A stretch of DNA of 64,000 bases from Bacteroidota bacterium (GTDB lineage Bacteria; Bacteroidota; Bacteroidia; CAILMK01; JACPUW01): NCBI GenBank assembly GCA_016192035.1, contig JACPUW010000037.1, positions 18,740 to 82,739 on the forward strand. The letters run 5' to 3'. Each line of letters starts with the position of its first letter. Position 1 is the stretch's first letter. A program made the translations under genes and the position numbers. This document shows, piece by piece, positions 38,248 to 47,782 of the stretch. Below the pieces are notes generated by a model. The model was not told the DNA's origin. It did not search any database and was given only the letters and a program-made list of their open reading frames with translations.

Positions 38248-40065
38248 ATGTACCTCCCAAAAACTATAGGATTTCTCTTGGTGGGCTTGTCATGGGCCGT
38301 ATGGGCCACCGGGCAGTGCACTACCTGCCACACCACCATAAGCAACAATCAGAGCGGTAGCATCACGGTATCGGCCGGCCAAACACTATGTATCACTTCA
38401 AGCGGTTCATTTACGGGAACCATCACCTTGCGGGCAAACAGCACCCTGTGCAACCAAGGTACCGTTAGTGCCAGCAGCCTTACCACCAATAGCTCTTCAA
38501 CCATAGAGAATCATGGCAATTTTGCATTAGGCAACAGCATAAATCTCAATGGATTGCTAACCAATACCGGTTTATTTGAGGCTACCGGCACGTTTACCAG
38601 CAATGCAGCCATAGTAAACTCAGGTACTTTTTACAACACGGGCAATTTTAACAACAGCACCTCCGGCAATACATCGCTTTCAAACACCGGCGATTTTACC
38701 GTGGATGGCAATTTTAGCAACAACAATGATTTGAGCAATGACCTGGGAGCCGAATTTTACTGCTCCGGGACTTTTTCCAACACATCAGCAGGTGGGGCTT
38801 CGCTTATAAATGATGGCAGTCTTGCGGTGGGTGCGGGATTTACCAATAGCAATGACTTGGAAAACACGGGCACACTCACTATAGATGGGGATTTCAACAA
38901 TACCAGTTCTGGCGCTGCCACCATTGTCAATTCTGGCTCGGCCACGATAAAGGGGGATTTTATCAATAGCAATGACCTAAACAATGCAGGCGACTTTACC
39001 ATTAGCGGCGACTTTTCTCAGTCAAATACCGGGAGCGCCGAGATAAACAATGAAGGAAACCTATACTTTGAACAAGACGTGTATTCTGACAATGACATAT
39101 TTAATGAGGGTTTCATCACCGTAGGGGGCACTTTTACCAACAAGAAATGGAGCGGCGCCTACTACTCGGCCCCCAATAGCTTATTGGTAGTCGATTCACT
39201 GGTGAATGAAAACACCATTACCTCCACCACCAACGAGTATGGACAAATTCAGGTGGTGAGTTACAGCCAGAATTCAGGATCGGTAGCCACCTATTTGGAC
39301 GTGTGCATACTGGGCAACGGAGGCAACTGGAACAGCAATACCGGTACCGTAAATGGTAACGTAACGTACTGCACCACGCCAGTGGAAACACCCATGTATA
39401 GTTTGAATATCAAGGTGTTTCTTGAAAGTTGTTACAACCCTACAAATGGCCAGATGACCACTGCCCTTAGGAGCCATAGAGTGCTTCCGGCCCATACCCC
39501 GTTTAGCAAGGCCCCTTGGGGCCGAAACCTTGACTGCGAAGTAGAAGATTCCGTGGAGGACATTTCTACCGACATGGTGGACTGGGTGTTGGTAGAATTA
39601 AGGACGGGTACCTCACCGGACACCAAGTTCTTTGAAAAGTCCTTTTTCTTGACCCGTACGGGCAGCCTTACCGATGCAAAGGGCAATCCTGCCGCCATTG
39701 ACACCTTTGCCCAGGCCTCCTTTTATATAGTGGTAGAGGCCAGAAACCACCTTGGTGTGATGTCGGCCAGCCAAGTGAGCGTGATTGGGGGGGCCATTCA
39801 GTACGATTTTACTGCTGACCTAGACCAGGCCTACTCTACTGGCGCTCCCGCCATGGTGGAGGTGGAACCTGGGGTTTTTGCCCTTATTGGCGGCGACGCC
39901 AATGCCGATGGCACCATAAATGCCCTGGATGCGATGGACTGGCATGATAACAACAATGACACCGGCTATCTAAATGCCGATTTGAACTTTGATAACCTGG
40001 TGAACAACAGCGATAAGAACATTTGGAAAACCCGCAATGGGCTGTCCATACAATACCCTAAATAA
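38248..40065 (+). CDS. Secreted beta-helix repeat protein with C-terminal dockerin-like (EF-hand pair) module
   Basis: Signal peptide MYLPKTIGFLLVGLSWAVWATGQC. About 330 aa of degenerate ~24-aa N/G/S/T/F-rich repeats follow (NTGDFTVDGNFSNNNDLSN..., NTGTLTIDGDFNNTSSG...). The C-terminus GDANADGTINALDAMDW...ADLNFDNLVNNSDKNIW matches the duplicated DxNxDGxIxxxD dockerin pattern. I chose the ATG at 38248 over the ORF-track start at 38104. Confidence 0.75.
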   Translation: MYLPKTIGFLLVGLSWAVWATGQCTTCHTTISNNQSGSITVSAGQTLCITSSGSFTGTITLRANSTLCNQGTVSASSLTTNSSSTIENHGNFALGNSINLNGLLTNTGLFEATGTFTSNAAIVNSGTFYNTGNFNNSTSGNTSLSNTGDFTVDGNFSNNNDLSNDLGAEFYCSGTFSNTSAGGASLINDGSLAVGAGFTNSNDLENTGTLTIDGDFNNTSSGAATIVNSGSATIKGDFINSNDLNNAGDFTISGDFSQSNTGSAEINNEGNLYFEQDVYSDNDIFNEGFITVGGTFTNKKWSGAYYSAPNSLLVVDSLVNENTITSTTNEYGQIQVVSYSQNSGSVATYLDVCILGNGGNWNSNTGTVNGNVTYCTTPVETPMYSLNIKVFLESCYNPTNGQMTTALRSHRVLPAHTPFSKAPWGRNLDCEVEDSVEDISTDMVDWVLVELRTGTSPDTKFFEKSFFLTRTGSLTDAKGNPAAIDTFAQASFYIVVEARNHLGVMSASQVSVIGGAIQYDFTADLDQAYSTGAPAMVEVEPGVFALIGGDANADGTINALDAMDWHDNNNDTGYLNADLNFDNLVNNSDKNIWKTRNGLSIQYPK

Positions 40066-40074
40066 TAAAGGCAC

Positions 40075-41157
40075 ATGAAACGCACAACCCTTCTTCTCTT
40101 TATTGTTTCCCTTATATACCACACAGAGGCCGGGGCACAGGCCTACGACCTCCGGTTGGAAACGGTGACCAATGACGCGGTAACCAATGGACATTTTGAT
40201 GTCAAGGTCCAAATCAAGTCAAGCACCGGTTCTTTTAACCTTGGCCTTGGAAACCTGGCCTTTGCCTATAACGCCGAGGGATTGTACGCTTCGGTATCGC
40301 CCGATGACGGCAGTAAGGCCCCTGAGATTTACCAAGCATATAATTTTAATTCAGGCAACTACGATCCGCTCACCCTTACCGAACCAGTTAGGGGCCTACT
40401 CTCCCTAAATGTGAACTATGATTTTGAATCGTCGGGCAATGGACAAACCGTGGGAACTTCATGGATGGATGTGGCCACAATTCGGTTTACCATACGCAAC
40501 ACTATGGAAAACACTGGCTTGGAGTGGCAAGATGATGTAGCCGGAGGTGATTTGAACCCGGTGATCGTGTATAATGACGCACTACCGGGAACGGTGGTAT
40601 CTCGCAGCTCTGCCACCGGCAATGCCACCGCCCTGCCGGTAAGCTACCTCTTCTTTACCGCTGCCGCCAGCGAAGCCGAAAACCTGCTAGAATGGGCTAC
40701 CGCAACCGAGGAGAACTGCGAACGTTTTGACATAGAGTGCTCTGTAAATGCCCTAGATTGGGAAACGATAGGGGAGGTGCCGGGAAGTGGCAACAGCATC
40801 AATATATTGTACTACCAATATGCCCACCGGACTTCTTACATGGGTACGGTGTATTACCGTCTTAAACAATGGGACTATGACGGCAGCGCACACTACTCCA
40901 TGGTAGTGAAAGTGGAAGGGGCGCAAATAGGCCAGCAGGTGGCCTTGTATCCCAACCCGGCGCGCCACCAGGTACAGGTAGTATTGAGTGGCTATGGCAA
41001 AGCCAGTGAGTATTTCATCTATAGCCCCAATGGTGTACCGGTGCTGGAAGGCTGCCTACCCGAAGGTGAACAAAAGGTGGATATAAGTGGCATATCGCCA
41101 GGGTTCTATATAATGGCAATAACGGGGTTGGGAAACTATCCGCTCATGGTAGAGTAG
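40075..41157 (+). CDS. Cohesin-like domain protein with T9SS type A C-terminal sorting domain
   Basis: Signal peptide (LLLFIVSLIYHTEAGAQA). The N-terminal domain has a cohesin-like strand pattern (GHFDVKVQIKSSTGSFNLGLGNLAFAYNAEGL...WMDVATIRFTI). A middle domain reads LEWATATEENCERFDIECS...YYRLKQWDYDGS. The C-terminal tail is ALYPNPARHQVQVV...GFYIMAITGLGNYPLMVE. It starts 10 nt after the upstream gene. Confidence 0.7.
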   Translation: MKRTTLLLFIVSLIYHTEAGAQAYDLRLETVTNDAVTNGHFDVKVQIKSSTGSFNLGLGNLAFAYNAEGLYASVSPDDGSKAPEIYQAYNFNSGNYDPLTLTEPVRGLLSLNVNYDFESSGNGQTVGTSWMDVATIRFTIRNTMENTGLEWQDDVAGGDLNPVIVYNDALPGTVVSRSSATGNATALPVSYLFFTAAASEAENLLEWATATEENCERFDIECSVNALDWETIGEVPGSGNSINILYYQYAHRTSYMGTVYYRLKQWDYDGSAHYSMVVKVEGAQIGQQVALYPNPARHQVQVVLSGYGKASEYFIYSPNGVPVLEGCLPEGEQKVDISGISPGFYIMAITGLGNYPLMVE

Positions 41158-41364
41158 CGGCACGTATGGCCAGCGCGGATCTTGTAACAGGGCCATTGGC
41201 TAAGGGTTGTGCGTAAGGACATGGCAAGGCCCCATAAGGTCATAATCCTACTGGCTATGTTATGGGCCGTTCATGGTTTCGTCTGTGACCGGCCAAAGCC
41301 GAAACCCATTGTTAATCTGTTACAAAGAACCCACGAAAGGGGTGTCAGTATAATAGTCTCGGCC

Positions 41365-41750
41365 GCAGCGGGGCACAGGGCCTAGGGGTTTAAGGGTTTA
41401 GGGGTGTAGGGGGTGTATCGCAAAGAACGCAAAGGGATTAAGAAAAACAACGGGCGCAGCGGGGCACAGGGCCTAGGGATTAGGGCGTAGGGGTGTAGGG
41501 GCGTGTATCGCAAAGAACGCAAAGGGATTAAGAAAAACAACGGGCGCAGCGGGGCCTAGGGGTGTAGGGGTTTAAGGGTTTAGGGGTTTAAGGGTTTAGG
41601 GGTGTAGGGGGTGTATCGCAAAGAACGCAAAGGGATTAAGAAAAACCATGAACGCAGCGGGGCACAGGGCCTAGGGGTTTAAGGGTTTAGGGGTGTAGGG
41701 GGTGTATCGCAAAGAACGCAAAGGGATTAAGAAAAACCAAGGGCGCAGCC
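41365..41750. repeat. Four-unit tandem repeat (units 91, 90, 108 and 91 nt) with nested G-rich microsatellite-like core
   Basis: Units start at 41365, 41456, 41546 and 41654. Each has a variable G-tract block (GCAGCGGGGCACAGGGCCTAGGGGTTTAAGGGTTTAGGGGTGTAGGGGGTG) plus a constant block (TATCGCAAAGAACGCAAAGGGATTAAGAAAAAC). Unit 3 carries extra GGGTTTAAGGGTTTAGG sub-repeats. No plausible coding ORF spans it. Confidence 0.95.
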
Positions 41751-42144
41751 CGTGGTTCAGGGCCCGCCATTCGTTCCAAACCCCTGTTAGGGGTGACATA
41801 TTCTCTACACAATCAGGATATTAAAATGGCATTTTCCGTGTCTTATTTAACCATCCCATTGCCCCTTAACCCTAATTATGCAAGGGGAGCGCAAGCCCAG
41901 AAACCCGCCGCAACCGTACGCCCCGGGCAAAGGGCACAGGGCGCACTGCTAAGAAGGCCTATAGTTGGTGGGGGTTTGGAATTTGAGTAACCAGACCGCA
42001 TGGTTTGCCGCTTGTCTTTTCAATAGAAGAATAAACAAGAATGGGGGGGGGAACACTTGCCAGACAACACTACACGAAATGTAGCCAAGCTATGTACAAG
42101 TGGGCCAGGGCTTTGCAGGGCCATCCGAGATCGAGGCCATTCAA

Positions 42145-42175
42145 GGGAAAAAGCCGCGTCCCCACGCGGCTTTCC
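42145..42175 (-). terminator. Rho-independent terminator of the type B sorting-domain gene
   Basis: On the - strand the sequence AAAGCCGCGT-gggg-ACGCGGCTTT is followed by TTCCC, so the U-run (TTTTT) includes the last three stem bases. It lies ~40 nt after the stop at 42213. Confidence 0.8.
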
Positions 42176-42212
42176 TGAAAAAAGCATTGTATGTGTGTTT
42201 TATATGTGCTAT

Positions 42213-45200
42213 TTATTGTAGCAGCGTGATACTGCCTTCGGCGTGGGTAAATTTTCCGCTTTTGTCCCTAAGTACCACCCGGTACCTATATACACCTATG
42301 GCAACACGCTGGCCGTGGTAAAAACCATTCCAGCCCTGTGCTATGTCGGTTGACTCATACACCACCTCGCTCCAGCGGTTAAATATGGTCAACCTAAAGT
42401 TGTCAAATTCTGCCTCGCTGCCATTGAGCGCACCGGAGCCACTCACCATAAATACGTCGTTTACCCCGTCGCCATTGGGCGAAAAGGCATTGGGAATGAA
42501 CACTTTCATATCGGGCAGGGTACTTACCGTATTGCTCCAAGCCTGTCTTTCTCCGTGTTGGGCACGTATCCGGTAGCGCAGGTTTTCGCCGCTCTTTTGA
42601 TACACCTCTTCATCGGCAAACTGGGTAGCTGTTTGTGTGCTGTATATGGTTTCAAAATATCCGTCCTCACCCGCCCGCTCCAGGTAATACCAAGTGCCTA
42701 TGGGCCATCCTTGAGCTAGGTTCCACTCGGCAACGGTGTGTAAATCATCGCGTTGTAACGCAATAACTACGGAGCCAATAGACGCGCTGGGGTCGGTTGG
42801 GCTATTGCAGTAGTCTGACCCTGTTATTTGATAACTATAGATATCGCGATCGGGATAAACCCGTATGGTGTCGAGGTAAAAAGTGTCGTACACCAGGGCA
42901 TGGTTTGTTACTGTGCCAAAGTTTGGGTCGGTGCGCGTGACCACATAGCGGTTTACCTGTGGGTGTGGGTGCCTTTGCCAGGTGGTAAGCAGGTATTTAT
43001 TGTCAATTACGGTGGTAACCCACATTTGATTGCTTCCTACAGGGGCTTGGTAATCAGGGCTTATGGTGTCGGTGTTGCTATACGTGGTATAGTTTGGGGC
43101 AGACCGGATGGCTTGCACCGAGTAGGTGTAGCGTTGTTGGCAGACTTGTGAATCGGTAAAGGCGCGCGAACCGGGGGGGAGGCTTGCCAACAGTTCCGGT
43201 TTTTCGCCGTTGGTGCTCCTAAATACTTGGTAGGCCGATATGTTGTCCCACCCTTCGTAGGCTGTCCACTCTAGCGTAGGAAAAAAATTGGCATCTCCTG
43301 GCGTGATGGTCAGCCGCACGGGGCGGTGTGCCGTGCCCACCTCCACCGTATCGCCACAGTCATTTACCGTGCTGAGTTGATAGGCCGGTTGGCTTGACAG
43401 TGGGCGAAACAAATGGGCACCAGGGCCCAGCAAACTGTCGCGCGGCCGGCCAATGGCAAACAATGCCTGGGGGCCTTGCGGCAACAATTCATGGGCCATA
43501 AACCCATGGGTGCCTTCTAGGTTGTCATTTTCTATATGCAAGCGTATCACCTTGTTATCATCATAACTGGCCAGGCCTATGCCCCCATGGAGTATGGGCC
43601 TTGGAGTGGTGATCAAAAGGGTATCTGACCAGGTTTTTTCTGCCTGGCAGCCAAACGCATCGCGCACCGTGAGCCTGATGGCCTTGAAACCTGCTTCCTT
43701 AAAAAGACGGACAACCCGTGCCCCGCTTGAGGTATCCGTGAGGGGACTAATTGGATTAAAATCCCACACATGTTTGGTAATGGGATTGTCGGCCAATGAC
43801 AGATCGGTGAACGTAAGGGTGTGGTCGGTGCACTGCCGCAGTTTGTCCAGGCCAATGGCTACCATGGGGTTTCTAAACACCTGGATATAGGCAGGTTTCT
43901 TTTCGGTGCTGGCTATGCCTGCCACGTTATATGCCTTGAGTGTAATGGAGTGGAGACCAGGGCCTAAGATTAATTGAGGATTGCGCTCGTGGCTAAATGC
44001 GCTGTCGTCCTTGTTGAGGTACCAAGCAAAACTGTCGGTAAATGTGCTAAAGTTTTTAAGCTGAACGCTTAAGTGGCCGCAGCCTACCAGTGTGTCGGCC
44101 AAAAAACGGGCCTGCGCTGCGCTGTACACCCGTATGGGCAGTCCATCAAAGGAGCGGGAACATCCCCTGTCGTCAAAAGCCACCATGCGCGGGCGATACT
44201 CGGTGTACAACATGGAAGTGTCGCCGGCCAGGTAGAGGTGCGGACGGATCGTGTTGCTGTCCACGCTGCTCTGGTCGCCGTAGTCAAACAGGTAGTAGCT
44301 CACCCCTTCGTTAAAGGAGAAAAACTCCACGCTGAGCCGCTCGCTGCCCAGGGTGGTGTCGGCCACAAACCGGGGCCTGGGCCCGGCCATTTTTATAAAT
44401 GAATCCTTTGATAGGGTATCGGCACAGCCGTGCTTGGATAGTGCCACCAGTTTCACATCAAAGTAGTATTCGTATTCATTGTCAAGGTTTAGTATGTCAT
44501 AGAAATGTCCGGTTTGTTGCATGGAGGTGCCCAGGCTGCTCCCATCGCCAAAAAGCCAAACAAAGGAATCGACATTGGTATGGACTATGTCAAACTTGAC
44601 CAAGGCCGGGGCGCATAACAAGCTCTTGGATTCATCTGAGGCAAATCCAAAATCAAAGTCAATCACGTGGATGTCGCGGTAGGTGGTATCGGCGCATCCC
44701 AGGTCGTTGGTGGCCACCAGGCCTACCTTGTGTTGGCCGGTGGAGCTAAATACCAGCTTGGGCGACGGGGCCCTAGGTTTGGGTTTGACCATACTGGAGG
44801 TATCAAATACCAACCACTGAAACTTATTGGCCCCCAGCTTTGATGTGTTGCTGGTGGCCAATGGGATATCTATACAGGCGGTGCTGTTGGATGCAAATGA
44901 AGCGATTACCCCCGCTTCATAAGCCCTGGTGTGGGTAAACTGGGTAACACAGCCTTCGCCGTTGGTGAGCTTGATGGTAAGGCCGTAGTAATCACTCTTG
45001 TCAATATAGATTTCCGTGGTGTCGTTATAGGGTTGGGTTATGCTGATGCCCGATGAATTGGTACTGCCCCAGGAATACCGTACTGAGGGATTTGGCTGTG
45101 TATGCTGCACGTTGTACAGGAGTAATACATGTGCCTGGTCGGTAAACGGCACGCACGAAGCCCTTGTGGAGGTGCGTATTTCCGCTTTGGCGCCGCTCAC

Positions 45201-47147
45201 CTTAAACTGGCCGGGGAGCACTACCGTGTCGGCGCATAAATTGTTGAGCCGGGCTATCATATACACGTCAAAGGTGCCGGCCTCGGTGATGGGGAACTTG
45301 AGCCCGGTGCCTGTGCCGGTAAATCGGGATTTGGTATTGGGGTCGATCAGGGTCCATTGGTTGGTAGTAGCTATGTTAAAGGGCGCGTTGCTGCTCGTCA
45401 ATTCTACCTCGCTGCCCATGCACAGGTATTGGCCCGAAGTAGTGACCGAACTTTTTATTTGGTACGATTTCAGGGTGTTATAGATTGTTTTGGAATCTGA
45501 GCAGCCGCTTTTGTTTTTTACGTATAGTGTGAGGGAGTAAAGCCCTGGCTGGGTAGGGGTGTAGTTAAACTTGCCGCCTAGCTGTGTGGCTACCACTTGC
45601 CCGTTTTTATCGGTAAGTGTCCAGAGAATAGTGTCTATGTTGTACAGGCAGGTGGTTTTTTCATTCACCGTGGCTTCAAATGGTTCTCCCAGGCAGAGAT
45701 TCTCGGCATTGGTGGTAAAATCGGCCTTTAGCGGGCTTAGTTTCACCTTTTGGCTGGCCTCCGACTGGCAGCCCTTTTTGCCTGTTGCCACCAGCTTTAG
45801 GGTATATTCGCCGTAGCGGGGCAATTGAAATTGGGGTTCGGCCTCCTTGCTGGTAATGATTACTTTACCGTTTTTATCGGTAATGGCCCATTCATACCGT
45901 ACTTGGTCCATTGGGTCGCTTGACTTGGATTTGTTTACTACGGTAAGTTGGCCCGGTGAGCAATGACAGGCGTATGCCGTGCTAAAGGCAGCCGTAACCT
46001 GTGTTACAATCAGCGTGTCTTCATATACCAGGGAGGTGAGGCAGCCACCCACTTGGTAGTCCACGCCCACCGAATAGGTGCCGCTGGCCGGGTAGCTAAT
46101 GCGTTTCAACGTGTTGGCACCATTGGTCGAAAGGGTTTTTGCGCTAGGCAGGTTCCAAGTAATGGCAGTCTTATCCAATTGATTTCCTGATAGCAAAAGT
46201 TGTATTTCTTGACCGGCGCACACATTCGTTGGGTCAAGGCTAAGCCGCAGTTTTTCTTCGCTTCCTATCACCACGGCATCACTCATTTCAAACACTTCTG
46301 AGCATCCTTCATTGTTGCTAATGGTGAGTTTGGTGGGGTATTTCCCTTTGCCTTCATAGGCTATATTGCTTGGGTTGGGCAATTGCGAGGTGGAGGGTTG
46401 GCCCCCGGTAAACTCCCAGGCATAGCTTACCGAAGCGCTGTGGCTTAGGGTTGAGGTGTAGTTGACGGTTTTTTTATCGCAGGTCAAAGGATCGCTCACC
46501 GTAAAACTTGGCTTGGGTAGGTCAAAGGCTTTAAGCATGGAATCCACTACTACGTTTGTCTTACAGCCATTTGCGTTTTCAATTTCTAGAATCACCCTCT
46601 TGTACCCAGGGTGGTATATGGTGTGGCTCACTGCCGCTTTGGCCGATCGGGAGCGGTATAGATAGTCCAGGGCACCGTTGCCATGGGTTTCTATTATATA
46701 GGTGTACCATAGTCCAGACCCTCCTCCCTTGGCCGTGATGGTCACCGTGGCGGGCAGTTCACATAGCTCAGCGCCGGGTTTGGCCTCCAATGATAGCTTA
46801 TCGGGTTTGCCCACCACCTCTATGGAGCCGCTGCCGCCCAATTCTACCTTACAACTCAGGTTCAGTGGGGTTTTCACCATGAGGTAAGGCTTAAACTCAC
46901 CTGTTTTTATGGCCAGAAACCTCACTGAGTCCAGGTCGTCGTCTATAGTTTGGTTGCCAAAATACCAGGTATAATCACTGCCCGTGGGCACGCCCTGGGC
47001 CTGTAGCACCAGTGAATTATCCAGGCATACCTTGCTGCTGGGAGTAGAGATTGACATGGTGCCACACTGCGCATGTAGCCGTGTGGCACACAAGGAGCAA
47101 CATAGGACAAGTATGACGGGGTAAGACTGGGGTAAAAGGGATTTCAT
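42213..47147 (-). CDS. Large PKD-repeat surface protein with T9SS type B (gliding-motility-associated, CHU_C-type) C-terminal sorting domain
   Basis: 1644 aa with signal peptide MKSLLPQSYPVILVLCCSLCATRLHAQ. It has multiple PKD-like modules (...YAWEFTGGQPSTS..., ...FVWLFGDGSSLGT..., ...HVWDFNP...). The C-terminus VFIPNAFSPNGDGVNDVFMVSG...LTIFNRWSEVVYES...WNGFYHGQRVAIGVYRYRVVL is the type B sorting-domain signature. Confidence 0.92.
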   Translation of the reverse strand: MKSLLPQSYPVILVLCCSLCATRLHAQCGTMSISTPSSKVCLDNSLVLQAQGVPTGSDYTWYFGNQTIDDDLDSVRFLAIKTGEFKPYLMVKTPLNLSCKVELGGSGSIEVVGKPDKLSLEAKPGAELCELPATVTITAKGGGSGLWYTYIIETHGNGALDYLYRSRSAKAAVSHTIYHPGYKRVILEIENANGCKTNVVVDSMLKAFDLPKPSFTVSDPLTCDKKTVNYTSTLSHSASVSYAWEFTGGQPSTSQLPNPSNIAYEGKGKYPTKLTISNNEGCSEVFEMSDAVVIGSEEKLRLSLDPTNVCAGQEIQLLLSGNQLDKTAITWNLPSAKTLSTNGANTLKRISYPASGTYSVGVDYQVGGCLTSLVYEDTLIVTQVTAAFSTAYACHCSPGQLTVVNKSKSSDPMDQVRYEWAITDKNGKVIITSKEAEPQFQLPRYGEYTLKLVATGKKGCQSEASQKVKLSPLKADFTTNAENLCLGEPFEATVNEKTTCLYNIDTILWTLTDKNGQVVATQLGGKFNYTPTQPGLYSLTLYVKNKSGCSDSKTIYNTLKSYQIKSSVTTSGQYLCMGSEVELTSSNAPFNIATTNQWTLIDPNTKSRFTGTGTGLKFPITEAGTFDVYMIARLNNLCADTVVLPGQFKVSGAKAEIRTSTRASCVPFTDQAHVLLLYNVQHTQPNPSVRYSWGSTNSSGISITQPYNDTTEIYIDKSDYYGLTIKLTNGEGCVTQFTHTRAYEAGVIASFASNSTACIDIPLATSNTSKLGANKFQWLVFDTSSMVKPKPRAPSPKLVFSSTGQHKVGLVATNDLGCADTTYRDIHVIDFDFGFASDESKSLLCAPALVKFDIVHTNVDSFVWLFGDGSSLGTSMQQTGHFYDILNLDNEYEYYFDVKLVALSKHGCADTLSKDSFIKMAGPRPRFVADTTLGSERLSVEFFSFNEGVSYYLFDYGDQSSVDSNTIRPHLYLAGDTSMLYTEYRPRMVAFDDRGCSRSFDGLPIRVYSAAQARFLADTLVGCGHLSVQLKNFSTFTDSFAWYLNKDDSAFSHERNPQLILGPGLHSITLKAYNVAGIASTEKKPAYIQVFRNPMVAIGLDKLRQCTDHTLTFTDLSLADNPITKHVWDFNPISPLTDTSSGARVVRLFKEAGFKAIRLTVRDAFGCQAEKTWSDTLLITTPRPILHGGIGLASYDDNKVIRLHIENDNLEGTHGFMAHELLPQGPQALFAIGRPRDSLLGPGAHLFRPLSSQPAYQLSTVNDCGDTVEVGTAHRPVRLTITPGDANFFPTLEWTAYEGWDNISAYQVFRSTNGEKPELLASLPPGSRAFTDSQVCQQRYTYSVQAIRSAPNYTTYSNTDTISPDYQAPVGSNQMWVTTVIDNKYLLTTWQRHPHPQVNRYVVTRTDPNFGTVTNHALVYDTFYLDTIRVYPDRDIYSYQITGSDYCNSPTDPSASIGSVVIALQRDDLHTVAEWNLAQGWPIGTWYYLERAGEDGYFETIYSTQTATQFADEEVYQKSGENLRYRIRAQHGERQAWSNTVSTLPDMKVFIPNAFSPNGDGVNDVFMVSGSGALNGSEAEFDNFRLTIFNRWSEVVYESTDIAQGWNGFYHGQRVAIGVYRYRVVLRDKSGKFTHAEGSITLLQ

Positions 47148-47751
47148 GGAACATCAATTTATTGGGTCAATACAATGCTTTACCGACCAAAAGTAAATTT
47201 ACATCGATTGATCTACCCCATTGACCGACCGAATACAAGCTACTTTTTTTTGAAAAGCACGTATTTTTTACGTGGTGGCCTTTTGCGCAAGTGTGTTTTC
47301 GATGAATGGGCCCCAAGGCCTGCCCTTGTTTGGTGGTGGGAATGCACGAGGAAGGATATGCCATCTCAAGGGCGCTTATTTAATTGCCAGTAAGATAGAG
47401 AGATGCGAAACGGAGTGGCGCGGATGGAGTGATCCTGGAACGGCAATGGCCCGGCATAATTTTGAAGTCAATTGATCCATGACATTGGTTATCAGCCGGT
47501 AAGACGGGTGTTATGGAGTAGGGACAAAATTTGGCCATAGGGCGCGTGCAGTCATTACAAATGATGGTGCCCCTATATTTTTACTGAACATAAACATGTA
47601 TGAAACAAGGGAATAGAATAGAATTTTCGGTGATTGAGGCCAAACCGCCCCTGGAACGGATATAGCAAAGCGCTATTTGTGAAAACACAGACCGCACGCG
47701 GATGGGGTAGCGCTGTGATAGCCCAAAAAGCAGGAGTGAGGCTTGGGCAAA

Positions 47752-47782
47752 TAAAAAAAGCCCCTTGACTTAGTCAAGGGGC
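47752..47782 (-). terminator. Rho-independent terminator of yceI-like gene
   Basis: On the - strand GCCCCTTGAC-taa-GTCAAGGGGC is a 10-bp perfect stem followed by TTTTTTT. It lies 36 nt after the stop at 47818. Confidence 0.85.

Noticed and set aside
40545-40562. tRNA T-arm-like string (GGTGATTTGAACCCGG, reverse complement CCGGGTTCAAATCACC)
   Set aside because: It lies inside the cohesin-like CDS, and no acceptor, D or anticodon arms are around it. I judge it a chance match.
41380-41700. Telomere-like TTTAGGG motifs inside the G-rich repeat
   Set aside because: GGGTTTAGGG strings resemble plant-type telomere repeats. They are interspersed with other G-tract variants inside an internal chromosomal locus flanked by ordinary genes. 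I treat the resemblance as coincidental, and the G-quadruplex potential is reported instead.
41365-41750. Possible CRISPR array (regularly spaced repeats)
   Set aside because: The segments between the constant 34-nt blocks are near-identical G-rich variants of each other rather than unique spacers. The period (~90-108 nt) and composition do not fit CRISPR, and no cas genes are in the window. I classified it as a tandem repeat.
41793-41990. 65-aa ORF in the gene desert after the tandem repeat
   Set aside because: It has a non-ATG start in the track, an Ala/Gly/Pro/Arg-rich low-complexity translation, and no motif or neighbouring operon context. It is unlikely to be coding.
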